64,000 nt of DNA from contig NC_045696.1 in assembly GCF_009834535.1 (NCBI RefSeq), positions 96,970,001-97,034,000 on the forward strand, given 5' to 3'. Position numbers and translations under genes: made by a program. Within the stretch, counting starts at the first letter, position 1. Each line of letters starts with the position of its first letter. Positions 52,041 to 64,000 of the stretch are shown here, one piece after another. The notes beneath the pieces were generated by a model that made no database searches, had not been told where the DNA came from, and saw only the letters and a list, made by a program, of their open reading frames with translations. The stretch is from Camelus ferus (Eukaryota).

Positions 52041-52920
52041 TGTGGTAGACCGTATTTGTAGTCACAATAACATCTCCCTTCTTTCCACTTGCTCCTTCAC
52101 ATCGTGACCTTGCTGTTTCCCCATCAAGGCAAGTTAATTTCTCCACCCACTTTGATCTCTGTGGACCAAGAGAAAATGGTCCAAGTGACACTCTGCCAGT
52201 TTCAGCAGCCAGGCCTTAAGGGCCTAGCTGCCTCCACTTCCTGCCTTTAGAACACTTGTTGTTGGAAGCCAGCCATTTCCTAAGAAGTGTGGCCATCAAT
52301 GCTGTGAGAAGCCCAAGCTGTAGGTAAAGGCCCTAGAGTAGGGAGTCAGCAAACTATAAGCCCGTGGGCCAAATCTAGCCCACTGCCTGTTTTGTATGGC
52401 CTTTGGGCCAAGAATGGTCTTCACATTTTTTAATGGTTGCAGGGAAAAAACTCAAAAGAAGAAGAATATTTTGTGACACGTGAAAAGTATATAAAGTTTA
52501 AGAGTCAATGTCACAAATAAAGTTTTATTGGAACGTGGGCACACTCGTTGGTTTACATTACTGTCTATGGTTGCTTTTATGCTCTGATGGCAGAGTTGAA
52601 TAGTTGTGAGAGAGAACATATGGCCCTCAAAGCCTAAAACATTCATTATCTGGCCTCTTACTGGAAAAGTTTGCCAACCCCCCACCCTAGAGATGAGAGG
52701 GAAAGGCCAGGAGGCACTTTGGTGCTGACATGCATGAATGTATACCATGCCCTGCATCTCAGACCTCCAGCCCAGCCCGCTCAACTGATGCCACTTGGAA
52801 CAGAGACAAATTGCCTGGCTGAGCCTTCTCTAAATTCCTGACCTACAATATTGAAAGTAAAATAAATAGCTGTTTTAAAGCACTGTTTTGGGTAGTTGGT
52901 TACATAGCAATAGATAACTC
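52041..52920 (+). mobile_element. MaLR solo LTR (MLT1G/H-like) interrupted by MER58B
   Basis: Starts 'tgtggtagac'; 'ttgcctggctgagccttctctaaattcctgacctaca'; end 'ttggttacatagcaatagataac'. Confidence 0.75.
52339..52684. mobile_element. MER58B-like hAT-Charlie element with perfect 8-bp TSD
   Basis: TIR-like ends 'tagggagtcagcaaact' / 'agtttgccaacccccca'. TSD CCCTAGAG at 52331-52338 and 52685-52692. Confidence 0.92.
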
Positions 52921-53065
52921 CTCATAATCTCACCCTATAAAAATAAGTATTATCCAAATATTTAAGATGAGGAAACAGAGGCTCAGAAAGATTGAATGAC
53001 TCATTCAAGGTCACACAGCTGGTAAACAGGGAACTGGGATTTCAACCCAGGTCCTTTCACTTCCT
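52920..53065 (-). mobile_element. MIR (other part probably at ~51700-51870)
   Basis: 'agatgaggaaacagaggctcagaaagattgaatgactcattcaaggtcacacagctggtaa...gggatttcaacccaggtc'. Confidence 0.85.
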
Positions 53066-53940
53066 AAGTTTTATTTACGACGCAATTAACACCGTAATAT
53101 TTGACCTTTTCTCTACTGCTATTCATTTTATGCTCCATGGCAGTCTTCATTCATTTAAGAAAGGTTCATTAACAAATAAACATTTAACAAATGTTAATGC
53201 ACTTAGGCACTGCACTAAGCTTTGTGAGGAAATGAGATGAATTCAGATAGAATCTGAAATTTTTACTTAATGTTTTACCTAGCTAAGGGGACCAAGAGTT
53301 ATAATAATATGATGATATATGAGACATTTCAAATTCAAATTCCACACATTCATTCTGAAGCTCATGGACAACAGAATCCATTCTAGGTAATCAGACTTTC
53401 AGAGAAGCTTTGCATTTGATGGTAATGTAACCGTTTCAGGACTTTTTTTTTTTTTAAAGAACAGTTCAGCAGTCAGTGAATAGATTAAAAAAAAAGCTGA
53501 TTGAGAACTCCTTCCACCTACCCACAAAGTTAGTTACGTGTTACTTATTATTTTTTTCAAATTTCAGATTGACTGTCTTCTTCCATGTTCAAAACATACG
53601 TAACTATACAGAATAGAAGTTACACAGCTGGAAACCATTAGGACTGAAAAGCAACGAGAAGCAGGAAGCAAAGCCAAGGGGAAGGGATTCGCAGAGACCA
53701 GGATAAGGAGCATGAAGAGACGTACAGAAGGATATTCCAAGTCGCTTGCCAGTCTTTTCCTGAGGTCGTTAGTTGAGATGGGTCACTCAGCGAAGACCGT
53801 CAGCTAGGAACACAGCTAGAGGAAAACACTGAGAATACTGAGGCAGCCATGGGTTTAAAGGCTATTTCCTTGCTTACTGAGGGTCTCTTTGCCACCCTGC
53901 TTAAGTGTTGGCGTCTTGAGAGCAGAGATACGACACACAG

Positions 53941-54133
53941 CCAGTGGTGTGCGGCCACGGCTCAGACCAACTTATAAGAGCTATTGTTAAAATTTCAGAA
54001 AATTTTGTGAGTCATTTGTTAAATCTTGGTGGCTTGAAATCAGTCATACGAGTCATACACCATGGAGATTGGAAAATGCTACAAATTAGGGCTGTTTTTT
54101 CCCCCTAGAAAGCCAGTTTACCAGTACTCTACT
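53941..54133. mobile_element. MER63A-like hAT-Blackjack element
   Basis: Termini 'ccagtggtgtgc' / 'ccagtttaccagtactctact'; internal 'tacaccatggagattggaaaatgctacaaattagggct'. Confidence 0.75.
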
Positions 54134-57004
54134 AAGACAGAATCCGTTATAATGATTAACCAGGAGTCAGCAACCCTTTCAATACAGAGTTTATAATAAA
54201 ATATAGGCAATCGTTACAAGTCTGCTTTAAATTATTTTTAGTGACATGAGGAAAAAAGCTGGAATTAAAACCTTATCTCTAGGACAGTCTAAATAATATT
54301 AAAACATAGTTACATATTGAAAAAATATTAGAAAGAATATAGGTCAATATCTTCACGGGTTATCTTTGGGTTGGTGCATTCATATGTGATTTTTGTCTTA
54401 CTTATTATAATTGTATCTTTCAAGGATTCTACAGGAATTAGATGTAAAGTTCTTAATTTAAAAATCCATTAAAAATAATACGACTAGATTTTAACCCTTT
54501 TTTTTTGTTTGTTTTTGTTTTTGCTTTAATCTTTTTAAAAGGGCTTTTGTGTACAGTGGGGACAGAGGGAAGAGATATGGGAAGAAAGAATGGAAGGGGA
54601 ATGCTTTTCCTCCCTCCCTCATTCAGTCCCGTGAGAATGGGGTTGAAGAGTTAACCATTACAATTTGACTAGGGCCAGGGGTTCTGTTAGGAGTTGGTGA
54701 GGGGAAGGGTAGAGATAAGAAATGGATAAAGGCAGCCAATGTAATAGAAAGAACACGAGAATGAGAATTAGAAGTTCTGTTTTTAGCAGCTAAACTAAAA
54801 AGCTGCATGATGATCATTTGACTTTGGGGGCATTAGTTTCTTCATCTCTACATTAAGTTACACTATAAAATGATGCATGAATTTTATTCTAATCAAGATC
54901 TTCTGTGTGACCTTCCTCTTGGGGACAGTCAGCTTTCAGGTGGATGTAGGGCAGCATGCAGCTCACCTGACAAAGGAAAGGCAATGCCAGTAGTCTCTGG
55001 AGAAGGGATGCTTGCCGGAGGGGAAGGAAGTGAATTTTGGCAAGGTGGGTGTAGGAAGGTATCATTTAGTGATGGTGCTAGAAGAAAACTTTAGTCTAAT
55101 TTAAAAACTCAAAGGTATTATCAAAGGGATGTTTAGGGGCAAAAATAAGATTTAAGTTTTGTTATTTTATACGTAGGTGAGGAACTCATGTTTCACAGAT
55201 ACATTTCTGACTTTACCAAGGAACTTCTGAATGTGGTCTGCATGACAAGATCCCTGATTATATGTTATAATGAGAAAATCAGGCATCTTCTAATGTATGC
55301 TATGGGTTTCCTGGAACTCAATAATTTTCATCTTGTAGTACTTTAGACACATCTCTTAAAAGTCCAGATCTTTTATAAGATCACATTGTGAAATAGACAA
55401 ATCTCAAAAATATAGTAGAATTTTTACTAGTTGTTAATTGTGATGCTAGTTTAGTTAGATAGAGGTGGAAAATTATTGTTCAATGAATTTATATGTGGAT
55501 TGTAATTATGGATTAGTTATTATATATTTATTAGTTATCTATCTATATTAGTTATATGAAGTTATCGCTTGTTTCTACAGATTGTTTTATGTCTATCACA
55601 GTTATTCTCAATCATCTTGAAGAAAAAATTCTCCTGATGTAATAAGATATGATAGTTCCAGGCTACATATTTTAAATAGTACATTTTTATCTTTTTATAA
55701 AACTTGATTCAAAACATGCCATGTGCATGCCTTTTCTTCAAGAAGCACTGTGTTTTTTTTAATGACTCTATCAGTGAGCAAGTCTCATATACATATATGA
55801 AGTGGGAGCTGGTTGGTTCTTTCTCTCTGTTTTAATTGTATTTTTGAGACATTGTAAGAAAAACATCAGTGTCGCATTCCACTGAGTCCATCTTCCCAGC
55901 AGGTCTGGATTGGTCTAGCTTCCCCAAGGCCACGGCCTTCTGCACTATATGGGGCTGGGTGTTACCGACATGGACACATCTGTAACCAAACCAGCAAGCA
56001 TCAAGAGGAGCTGAGATTCATTTCTGTGGAATGAGAGCCTTTCATTCCTTTGTTCTCGATATTTCCTGGCAACGTGTCCACAAGCACATGCTATTAACAG
56101 ATGGTGGAAGGCATAATTGGGATTTTTATCATAACATATCCCCCATGCTTCCATCATGCACCAAAGAAGCAGAGATGTATGGGCGAGCTCACTCTATCCC
56201 AGCAGGATTAAAAACATCTACTTCAATCCTCCAAAGGCTCTCATGACAGCCTCAACCACTCAGTTAGATGTGGTTTTTCGTCAGAAGAACAGAACCCACT
56301 TCAGCAGACCAGATCATATCAGGTTCCTTTTAAGATTAGCAGTTGCTGCGAGAGATTATTTTCTCCAGAGCTGAGTTGATCTGGTAAGTTGAGGCACACA
56401 TCTGTGCCACAGAGCTGAGGTCTTTGGGATGCTCAGAGCCCTGAACTTTTTGCAGACAACTGTGCCTCAAAACCCATGCAGATGAAAAGGTCTCCTTTGC
56501 TTAACCCCATAGTTATGTGCTGAGCAAGTTAAAAAAAAAAAAAAAAAAAAAGCAGGGGCAAGTATGGAAAAAAAACTTCTGCAAAGAAGCTGAGCAGATT
56601 CATTTTGACTTTGTTACTGACATTCACATCTCACATGTGTCTTCTCAGTTCAAAATCAAAATTGTCGAGGTCTGCTTTACAAAAGCTTGTCTCCATTGCA
56701 CGTTTTCTTAGAGAAAGTTAATTCCTTCATGATTTATAGGTTTCTAAAGAAGTACCGCCCATGATGTTCATAAGACTCTTGTGCATTTATATGGCTTGTG
56801 TCATCCAAAGAATTTGAGGGGCTTCGTTAAAAGTATCTGCTGGTTGGGAATATTCCACATTACACCCAAGATGATTAAAATCACGAGACTGTCCTTTTGG
56901 CAGATGCCTGAGAGCTGCAATCAGCGTGGTTTATATTTGGCGATCAGTGGTATAGTTAAAGAAGTAGCTCAGAAAGCTTGACAGCTAAGATGGCAGGGGT
57001 TGGA

Positions 57005-57265
57005 GCTGGTGGTTAGGAGCTGGGACTGACTCTGAAATCAGATGGCTTGGTTCAAGTTTGACTCTTTCTCCTACCAGCTAAATGACTTTGATCAACACAC
57101 TTGACTCTTTGATTTTTTCTTTCGATTTTCTTATTTCTAAGTGGGCATGAAAATAGTGCCTACCTCATAGGATTGTTGCAAATACTATGTGAAATAACAT
57201 GGGAAAAGTGCCTAACAGTGCCTGGTGCATAGTATGTGCTCAATAAACATTAGCTATTATTATTC
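57005..57265 (+). mobile_element. Near full-length MIR
   Basis: 'aatagtgcctacctcataggattgttg...cagtgcctggtgcatagtatgtgctcaataaacattagctattattatt'. Confidence 0.88.
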
Positions 57266-57280
57266 ATACAAAGTGATAAA

Positions 57281-58829
57281 CAGGGCCAGGTACATAATTT
57301 TCAGGTCCCAAGGCAAGGTAAAACTGTGGGGTCCCTTGTTCAAAAAAACCAAGAAAAAAATACTACTGAAGGTATTAAGATATAAAGCTTTTCTTTTATT
57401 CCATGCCCTCTCTTTCTTAACTGGTCATGATGTTGTTCCTTTTTTAACTAATAATTTTTTAGAGTGGTTTTAGATTTACAGCAAAATCTAGCAGAAAGTA
57501 CAGAGAGTTCCCATTTTCCCTCCCCCACCCCCAGTTTCCCCTTTTATTAGTGTATTTATTTGCATTAGTGTGTTACATTTGTTATCAATATTGATACATA
57601 ATTATTAACTAAGTCCTAATTAACTTAACTAATTTACCCACTCCTAGTGTTGTACAGTTCTATGGGTTTTGACAGATGCATGGTTACATATCCAGCATTA
57701 CAGTATCACACAAGGTAGTTTCATTGCCCTACAATTCCCTTGTGCTACATTTATTCATTCCTCCCCAACCCTCCCCCAAGTTCCTGACAACCACTTGATC
57801 TTTTCACTGTCTCTATAGTTTGGCCTTTCCCAGAATGTCATATAGTTGGAATTACACAAAATGTAGCTTTTTCAGTCTACCTTCTTTTACTTGGCAACAA
57901 ACATTTAAGATTCCTCCTCCATGACTTTTAGTAGCTTGATAGCTCATTTCTTTTTATTGCTGTATTATATTCCAATGTGTGAGTGTACCGCAGTTTGTTT
58001 ATCCATTCAGTTGTTGAAGGACATCTCAGTTGCTTCCAATTTTTGACAACTATTCATTTGTAGTTTTCTTTGTGTGAACATACGTTTTCAACTCATTTGG
58101 ATAAACATCTAGTGCAACTGCTGGATCATATTGTAAAACTACATTTAGCTTTTCTGAAACCATCAAACTGTCTTCAAAAGTGGCTGAAGACCACTTTGGC
58201 ATTCCCATTAGCAATGAATGAGAGTTTCTCTTCCTCTACATCCTTGCAGCACTCTACTAAGACAGTAGTATATCACTGTTGTTTTAATTTGTAATTCCCT
58301 AATGACATATGATGGTGAGTATCTTTTCATATATGTATTTACCATTTGTATATCTTCCTTGGTGAGGTGTCTGTTTAGGTCTTGTATCTCCTTGTTTGTG
58401 TTTTAGAAAGCCATTGCCTTTTTTCCTGTGTTTACAGCAAAGTTCTGATTCGAATAGAAAGCTTGGCCTCTCCGAGCTGTCAGCACCCCTGTTTACTTGG
58501 TCACAGACATAACACACTTCGTACTTTCACCGGGTCTTGCTGAACTCCCATGCATTGTGGGTTCACTGGGATTCTGTGTCAGTGGGCATCTTGAATGCCG
58601 TGCTAATGGGGTGGCAAGGAACAGTGGTGGACATGCATCTTGCCTGTATCCCTTCTATTTATAGTTGCCCTCCATTATCCCATTAGACTTCACTTACAAA
58701 ACATAAGTTAAAAGATAAAATTATTAAGAATTTCAAGATGGCAAAGGCATAGCATTAAACCAAGCACAGGGCCCTCTGATTGTAAGGCCCTTTGTATGCA
58801 CAGGTTGCAGGTCCATGAAGCCAGCCCTG
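57281..58829 (-). mobile_element. hAT-Tip100 element with MER91/Zaphod-type ends, split by L1
   Basis: TIRs 'cagggccagg' (57281) and 'gccagccctg' (58820-58829); subterminal 'gggtcccttgttcaaaa' and 'attattaagaatttcaagatggc...gcattaaaccaagc'. Confidence 0.75.
57440..58385 (-). mobile_element. L1MC-like 3' fragment nested in the hAT element
   Basis: 'tttagagtggttttagatttacagcaaaatctagcagaaagtacagagagttccca', 'tgtatatcttccttggtgaggtgtctgtttaggtc'. Same type as 46738-47806, opposite strand. Confidence 0.92.
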
Positions 58830-59477
58830 CTGGTAACTGAGAAGCAATGAAGATACAAGGCAGTGTAGCTGGTCACAGAGGGATGCCAACTAACTAGAGA
58901 CTAAAGAAAGCTTCCGCTCGAAAAGACATAGAGTTGATCTCTGGTTCAAGAAACAAGGCCCCCAAATATTAAGTGACTAGCAAAACAGCAAAAACAAAAA
59001 CAAACAAACAAACAAAAGAAATTAAGTGACTAGCCAGGATCACACAGGTAAGTAGTGGGATGGGATCTCCTCTTTCCATCCAAGCAGCATTGTTGACATT
59101 CACTATATGATGTCATTTCAGGCTTCCTCTTCCCTGAATTACAGGTCTGACAACATCCAAAAGTGCACTGAGCTTGACTTAACTTCTGGAATGACCCAGG
59201 GGATATACGCTGAAACCCAAAGCAGCTGTGACTGTCACAGCCATAGCACTACTACTGGTCACCAACACTTGTTGAAGGCCAGACAAAATTAGGACTAGTC
59301 ATAATGGTAGTTTTTTAGTATTGGGCATTTGTCTATGGGAAAATCGCAAAGGACGCATAGTCCTTCATGAAGGGTGATGGTCTGTGTGTATTCTTGGCAG
59401 CACTTTTTGCCATTTGAGCCAAACTCAGATGTAGAAAGAACATGAGATTCAGAAGGGACCTCAGAGATAAACTCGTC

Positions 59478-59805
59478 CAGTGGCTTTTTAATTGTGCTCT
59501 GTGGAAACCAAGGATCCCACAGACCTTCTTTCAGGGATCCACAGGCATTTGAGTGAATTTATATTTAGTTATTTTTAAAACTAAGGAAACACACGGTATT
59601 GAAACGTGTTATAGATCAAAGTTTGGTGCAATGGTGGTCACAAATTGTGATCTTTTCTACTGGCTCATGAGGAAAGGTAACAGATTTCAACTTACAAGTG
59701 GAAGAGGTATTCCTCTTTTATCTGCTGTATGTATTGGGAAGCCATGTGAGACTTTATTTTATGAAAGGGTTCCCTTGAATAAAAGTAAAGTCTGAAAAAC
59801 GCCAA
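59478..59805. mobile_element. Old hAT-Charlie MITE (MER103-like)
   Basis: Starts 'cagtggctttttaattgtgctctgtgga', ends 'aaagggttcc...aagtctgaaaaacgcc'. Confidence 0.5.
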
Positions 59806-62800
59806 TCTTTTCATCCTTCTCCATTTAAACATCTTAGAACAGTATCTGGAATCATTACAGATGCTCAACAAATATTCACTATTGTTACTTCCTAAGATGG
59901 ACAGATTGAGGCCCATGTTGAACAAGTGACTTGTACAGAACACCCTGATATTTAGCAGCAAAGCCAGAACTCCAGCCTGTGTCCTGACTCCTGGATCACT
60001 TCTCTTTTCACTCTATTGCAATTGCCTCCATATCCCATCCCCAAGAGAGCAGTTCAAGTTTTAAGTCTCTTCCCCCACTGGCTGTCATTTTATTGTTAAG
60101 TACAGTTTCTGTTCTGACTTTCAGTCAATGTTGTAGACCAAAGAGAAAGAAAAATATTTCCCAGATTGGTAAAGAAACTTCCAAGAAATCAACGGGGGAC
60201 ATAAATAAGTTTGATCTTTGGAGATGATACCCTGTGATTTTAAGGCAGAGAGGGGAGGGGGAGAGACCACAACAGTCTTGGGATGATAAAAGAAGACCAA
60301 TAGCAGTCATTGAAAACACAAGGTTAGGGGACTGCTTCTTGAAGGAAATTAGGTCTGGCTGCAGACCCTAAGAGAAAGGTTAAATCTCCCTTCCCTCGCT
60401 GACCTTGGCTGACAGAGCGGCCACCATCTTGAACGGAGCTGACCTCTGTGCAGAGACAACAGAGTGCTCTGAAGACTCTCCAAACAGCATTTAAATGCTC
60501 TGATTTATTTCATTTTTTTCAACTTGTCAGAAATATTTACGTGGCCTAAGCCAACCAAAAAGAGCCAAGGAAGTGCAATATGACCACTTGTCAGACTGTG
60601 GATAGTCAAATATCTGGTGAATAGTTCCTCCAGTAAAACTGGTGAAAATACAAATGTTTATAGACTGGAGTAGATTTGAGAAAAATGAACAAACAAAAAA
60701 ACAACTTCTAGATTTCCCAGAAATGAGAGCTCTTTGCTAGATCTTTATAATATAGTCTTAAGGTGGGATCTATTTGCAGTGGAAAATTACTTTGCTCCGT
60801 TGAGCCTAATGAGTGCAGCTGACAGGGAATGAGTTTGAACTAGGTCTGAAGTGACCAGGTATTGATCCATAATTTGCTGTTTATCACATTAATCTTGAGG
60901 CCAAAAGACTTCCTTGTCCACGAGGAATTTTTCTCCCCTTCAGGAAGCCCATAGAACTTTGCTGGCCATTGCAACCATACACCCTGAATTTTCTGTGACA
61001 ACCCTGATTTTAAATCTTTAATGCATTTTCCCCATAAAGATACTATATTTGTCAGAACATGGGCCCTAAGTTTTGGTCAGAAATGTGATCTCTCTTCCAG
61101 AGGTCCAGAAGATAGCCAATTTGTTTAGAGCCTAGAAGACAAGGAAGAGCTCACTGCCTTTATGAATGAATAAATGAACTTCTGACACCACTCTCCAACT
61201 CTACACACTCTGGCATGACACACAAATTTAAAATATCCAGAAATCCCACTTTTGATAACTTTGAGTCATTTATGGTTGTTATGAGGATGTTTGACAACCA
61301 CTCTTCTCGTGTTTCATCAATACCTAATCTTTTGTTCCCCTTCAATCAGTGGGGCTCCATCCTCTATAGGTTGATCCACTCTTGTCCACAGGGTAATTGT
61401 AATTTTCACAGTGTCATACTGGAGTTGATATTTATGTAATTGTCTTTCTAGAATGCCTTGAAGGTAGGGGCTGGATAAACAAATAATTAAAGGAGAAAAT
61501 TCCAAAGACCAAAACTCCTTAAAAAAGGTTTAAAGTATGATTCAAATATCATTTAAAAATCTCCATGGCAAATAACAGGAACTCAATAAATGCTTGCATT
61601 AGTGAATTTTTGTTTTAAGTATTCTTTCCTGAAGACTTCCTATTTTTTCCCTGTGTGTTGAAATAATTGTTAAAATTACACAGATGGATAAAATGAATAA
61701 CTCAGTAAGCAAAGCTGTCATTTATAGGAAGGTTCTGCTGGTGCCCCACAACACTAAGCTGCCTGCTAGTAGTTTTTAGTTAAGAGTGATGAACTATTTG
61801 CCCGAATTCAGCCATCTCTAACCTGCTCCCCCTTGTGGCCAGTGTGAGATGGTTTTTTAAGCGGCTGGTTTGGTTTCCTTCCCTTTGTGGCTTTCACTCT
61901 TCTAGCACCATATCCTGACCTAGAGAAACAATCATTCATGGACAAAAATAAAACTCAAATGCCAAATGTTTTAACAGTAGACATAGTCTACTGTGAATGC
62001 TGGAAGACTAGGGAGCTTATTCTTAAAGAAGTAAAGGAGCTGATCAGGAAAGGAGGACATCATGAGAAAATGGACTGGCTCCTTGGGTCCAGCTTCAAGG
62101 TCCACCCTATCCAGAGAATTTTACCTGATTTCTTGCTCTCTGGGTGTTTGGATTCACCTTGTGGCTTCCTGTATCAAGATGCCTATCACTCTGTATGTCT
62201 GCTTCCTAGAAAGTCATCTGTGCTGGACTGTGAACTACTTGGGCAGGTGGGGAAAAGGGGCGGAAAAGAACTATGTCTTGTATCTCTTTATTCCAGAACA
62301 TCTTTAGCACCAGCTATAGAACAGATGTTCTGTAAGTGTTTGTTGATATAAACAAATGGTTTTTGCCTTTAAAACTTTAGGCAAATAGCAGAGTGCCTTG
62401 GGTCTCAATTTTCTCATTTAGAAACAGGACTTTATAAACTACATAAACGTTGGACTTTAAGTCCCTAAATAGTCTCTGAGTCTGGCATCATTTTTATCAT
62501 CAGAATATTCTGCAAGAATTGCTTCTTTTTTTGATTCCATCTCTGTGGTGGCTTTTGAACACATTTTTGGTTTTATACAGTTGTGTACTTCATGCCATGG
62601 TATGTTAATATTGTAGGTGGGAATGGAAAATAGCCCTGTAACTCCTAGCAAAGATAGAATCAAAGAGATTTCTTTATGGCGTGAGTAATTGTATAAATGA
62701 TTCTTTTTCAAAGAAAAACCTCTATTTCATGAAGGGGTCAGAGAAGTTTATATTTACATAATTTTCAATCTGAAGACATACCAGCTCATGGAAAATTCTA

Positions 62801-63092
62801 GAAGTTTTCTTCCCTTTGCCTTGGAGCTTCCTTTGGTCAGTTTTTTCAACATATCAAGTTTTAACAACATTTGACTCAAGGACCACAAAGCATTATGTAG
62901 TAAATATTCCATTTGTGTTCAGGACATTTGAGGATAATGAAAATGTGAAAAAAATACTACTAAGCTTCTCCCAACAAGTCTTAAATTTCTACTTAGACTC
63001 AATGAATGAACACTGAAAAACGTGTAAGGTTGTGAATCTAAGAGCTTTAACAGTTAATAAAGACTCTGCCATAAAACAAAACTGTTGTCCTA

Positions 63093-63567
63093 GGGCAAAC
63101 TACCCAAGCAACAGAAATAAAAGCAAAAATAAACAAATGGGACCTAATTAAACTTAGAAGCTTTTGCACAGCAAAGGAAACCATAAGCAAAACAAAAAGA
63201 CAACCTATGGAATGGGAGAAAATGTTTGCAGAAGATGACAAGGGCTTAATTTTCAGAATATATAAACAGCTCATACAACTTAATAACAAAAAAAAAAAAA
63301 ACCAAATAACCCAATCCAAAAATGGGCAGAAGATATTAACTAATGGGCAGATATTAACTAATATATATAAAACAGATAAACAAGCTTACACTGTATAGCA
63401 CAGGGAACTATATTCAATATCTGGTAGTAACTTATGTGTGAAAAAGAATACGAAAACGAATATATGTATGTTCCTGTATGACTAAAGTATTGTGCTGTAC
63501 ACCGGAAATTGGCACAATATTGTAAACTGACTATACTTCAATAAAAATATATTTAGAAACAAAAACA
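63093..63567 (+). mobile_element. Internally deleted L1 (ORF2 piece fused to distal 3'UTR) with TSD
   Basis: ORF2-like 'aaaagcaaaaataaacaaatgggacctaattaaactt...gaatgggagaaaat' followed directly by the 3'UTR motif 'ctgtatagcacagggaactatattcaatatc'. TSD aaaacaaaactgttgtccta (63073-63092) / aaaacaaaactgtgtccta (63568-63586). Confidence 0.9.
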
Positions 63568-63802
63568 AAAACAAAACTGTGTCCTAACTGTCTGAGATCT
63601 AGAAGACATCAGAAAGGGTCTAATGTGAGTTTGTCAATGAGATGCAATGAGAATTCATTGTCTCATCCCGTCTCTGTTTTGGTGTTGTCTAGACCTAGAA
63701 TCTAGGTCTGTCTGAGGCAGAGAGTGAGTAGTGTGCAGAGAGCGCTGACGGCTGAGACTGCGCTCTCCCTGGGGAAGGGAGCGTTCAGAAGCGGAACGTT
63801 AA

Positions 63803-64000
63803 GAGGAGACAGTTCTTTCAAAACTGAGGTAAATTTTTTTTTTTTTTCCAGGAGGAGGAGGAGGAGGAGAAGTTCTTTCAAAGGAGGAGAAGAGACTTCT
63901 TTCAAAACTGAGGTAAATTTCTTTTTGTTTTTTGAGGAGTTCTTTCAAAGGAGGAGGAGGAGGAGACAGTTCTTTGAAAACTGAGGTAAAAATTTTTTCA
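63803..64000. repeat. Complex ~75-85 bp tandem repeat running off the window end
   Basis: 'ttcttt(c/g)aaaactgaggtaaa' at ~63813, 63897 and 63970, alternating with 'agttctttcaaaggagga' at ~63871 and 63938, plus T runs and (GGA)n. Confidence 0.88.

Noticed and set aside
62457..62711. 84-aa minus-strand ORF with a protein-like charged C-terminus
   Set aside because: Short, no family recognised, no clear splice boundaries. A blastx search would settle it.
63803..64000. CRISPR-like repeat-spacer array
   Set aside because: Mammalian context, low-complexity and mutually related spacers, no cas genes.
1..64000. A novel multi-gene biological system or a named host gene
   Set aside because: No coding exons were recognised. 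The content is explained by ordinary mammalian repeats and non-coding DNA, and I cannot identify the locus from sequence alone.

Overview
This is mammalian, not microbial, DNA: AT-rich, CpG-depleted intronic or intergenic sequence, largely made of decayed interspersed repeats (L1, L2, MIR, MaLR/ERVL solo LTRs, hAT DNA transposons) and microsatellites. A short tRNA-derived SINE at ~6685-6778 resembling the camelid Vic-1 SINE, plus the style of the young L1 3' ends, suggests a camelid (inference; I saw no Alu, BovB/Bov-tA or PRE-1). I found no credible protein-coding gene, RNA gene or CRISPR array. The supplied ORFs are short and look like chance, microsatellite or repeat-derived frames. I see no previously undescribed biological system. 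The best leads are: a CpG-rich candidate regulatory element or first exon at ~6040-6400, a well-formed 43-nt candidate exon at 39603-39645, an unusual complex tandem repeat behind a promoter-like patch at the right edge, an unexplained ~55-bp dispersed direct repeat, and several retrotransposition scars with visible target-site duplications (TSDs). Repeat family names come from remembered consensus sequences, and boundaries without a TSD are approximate.
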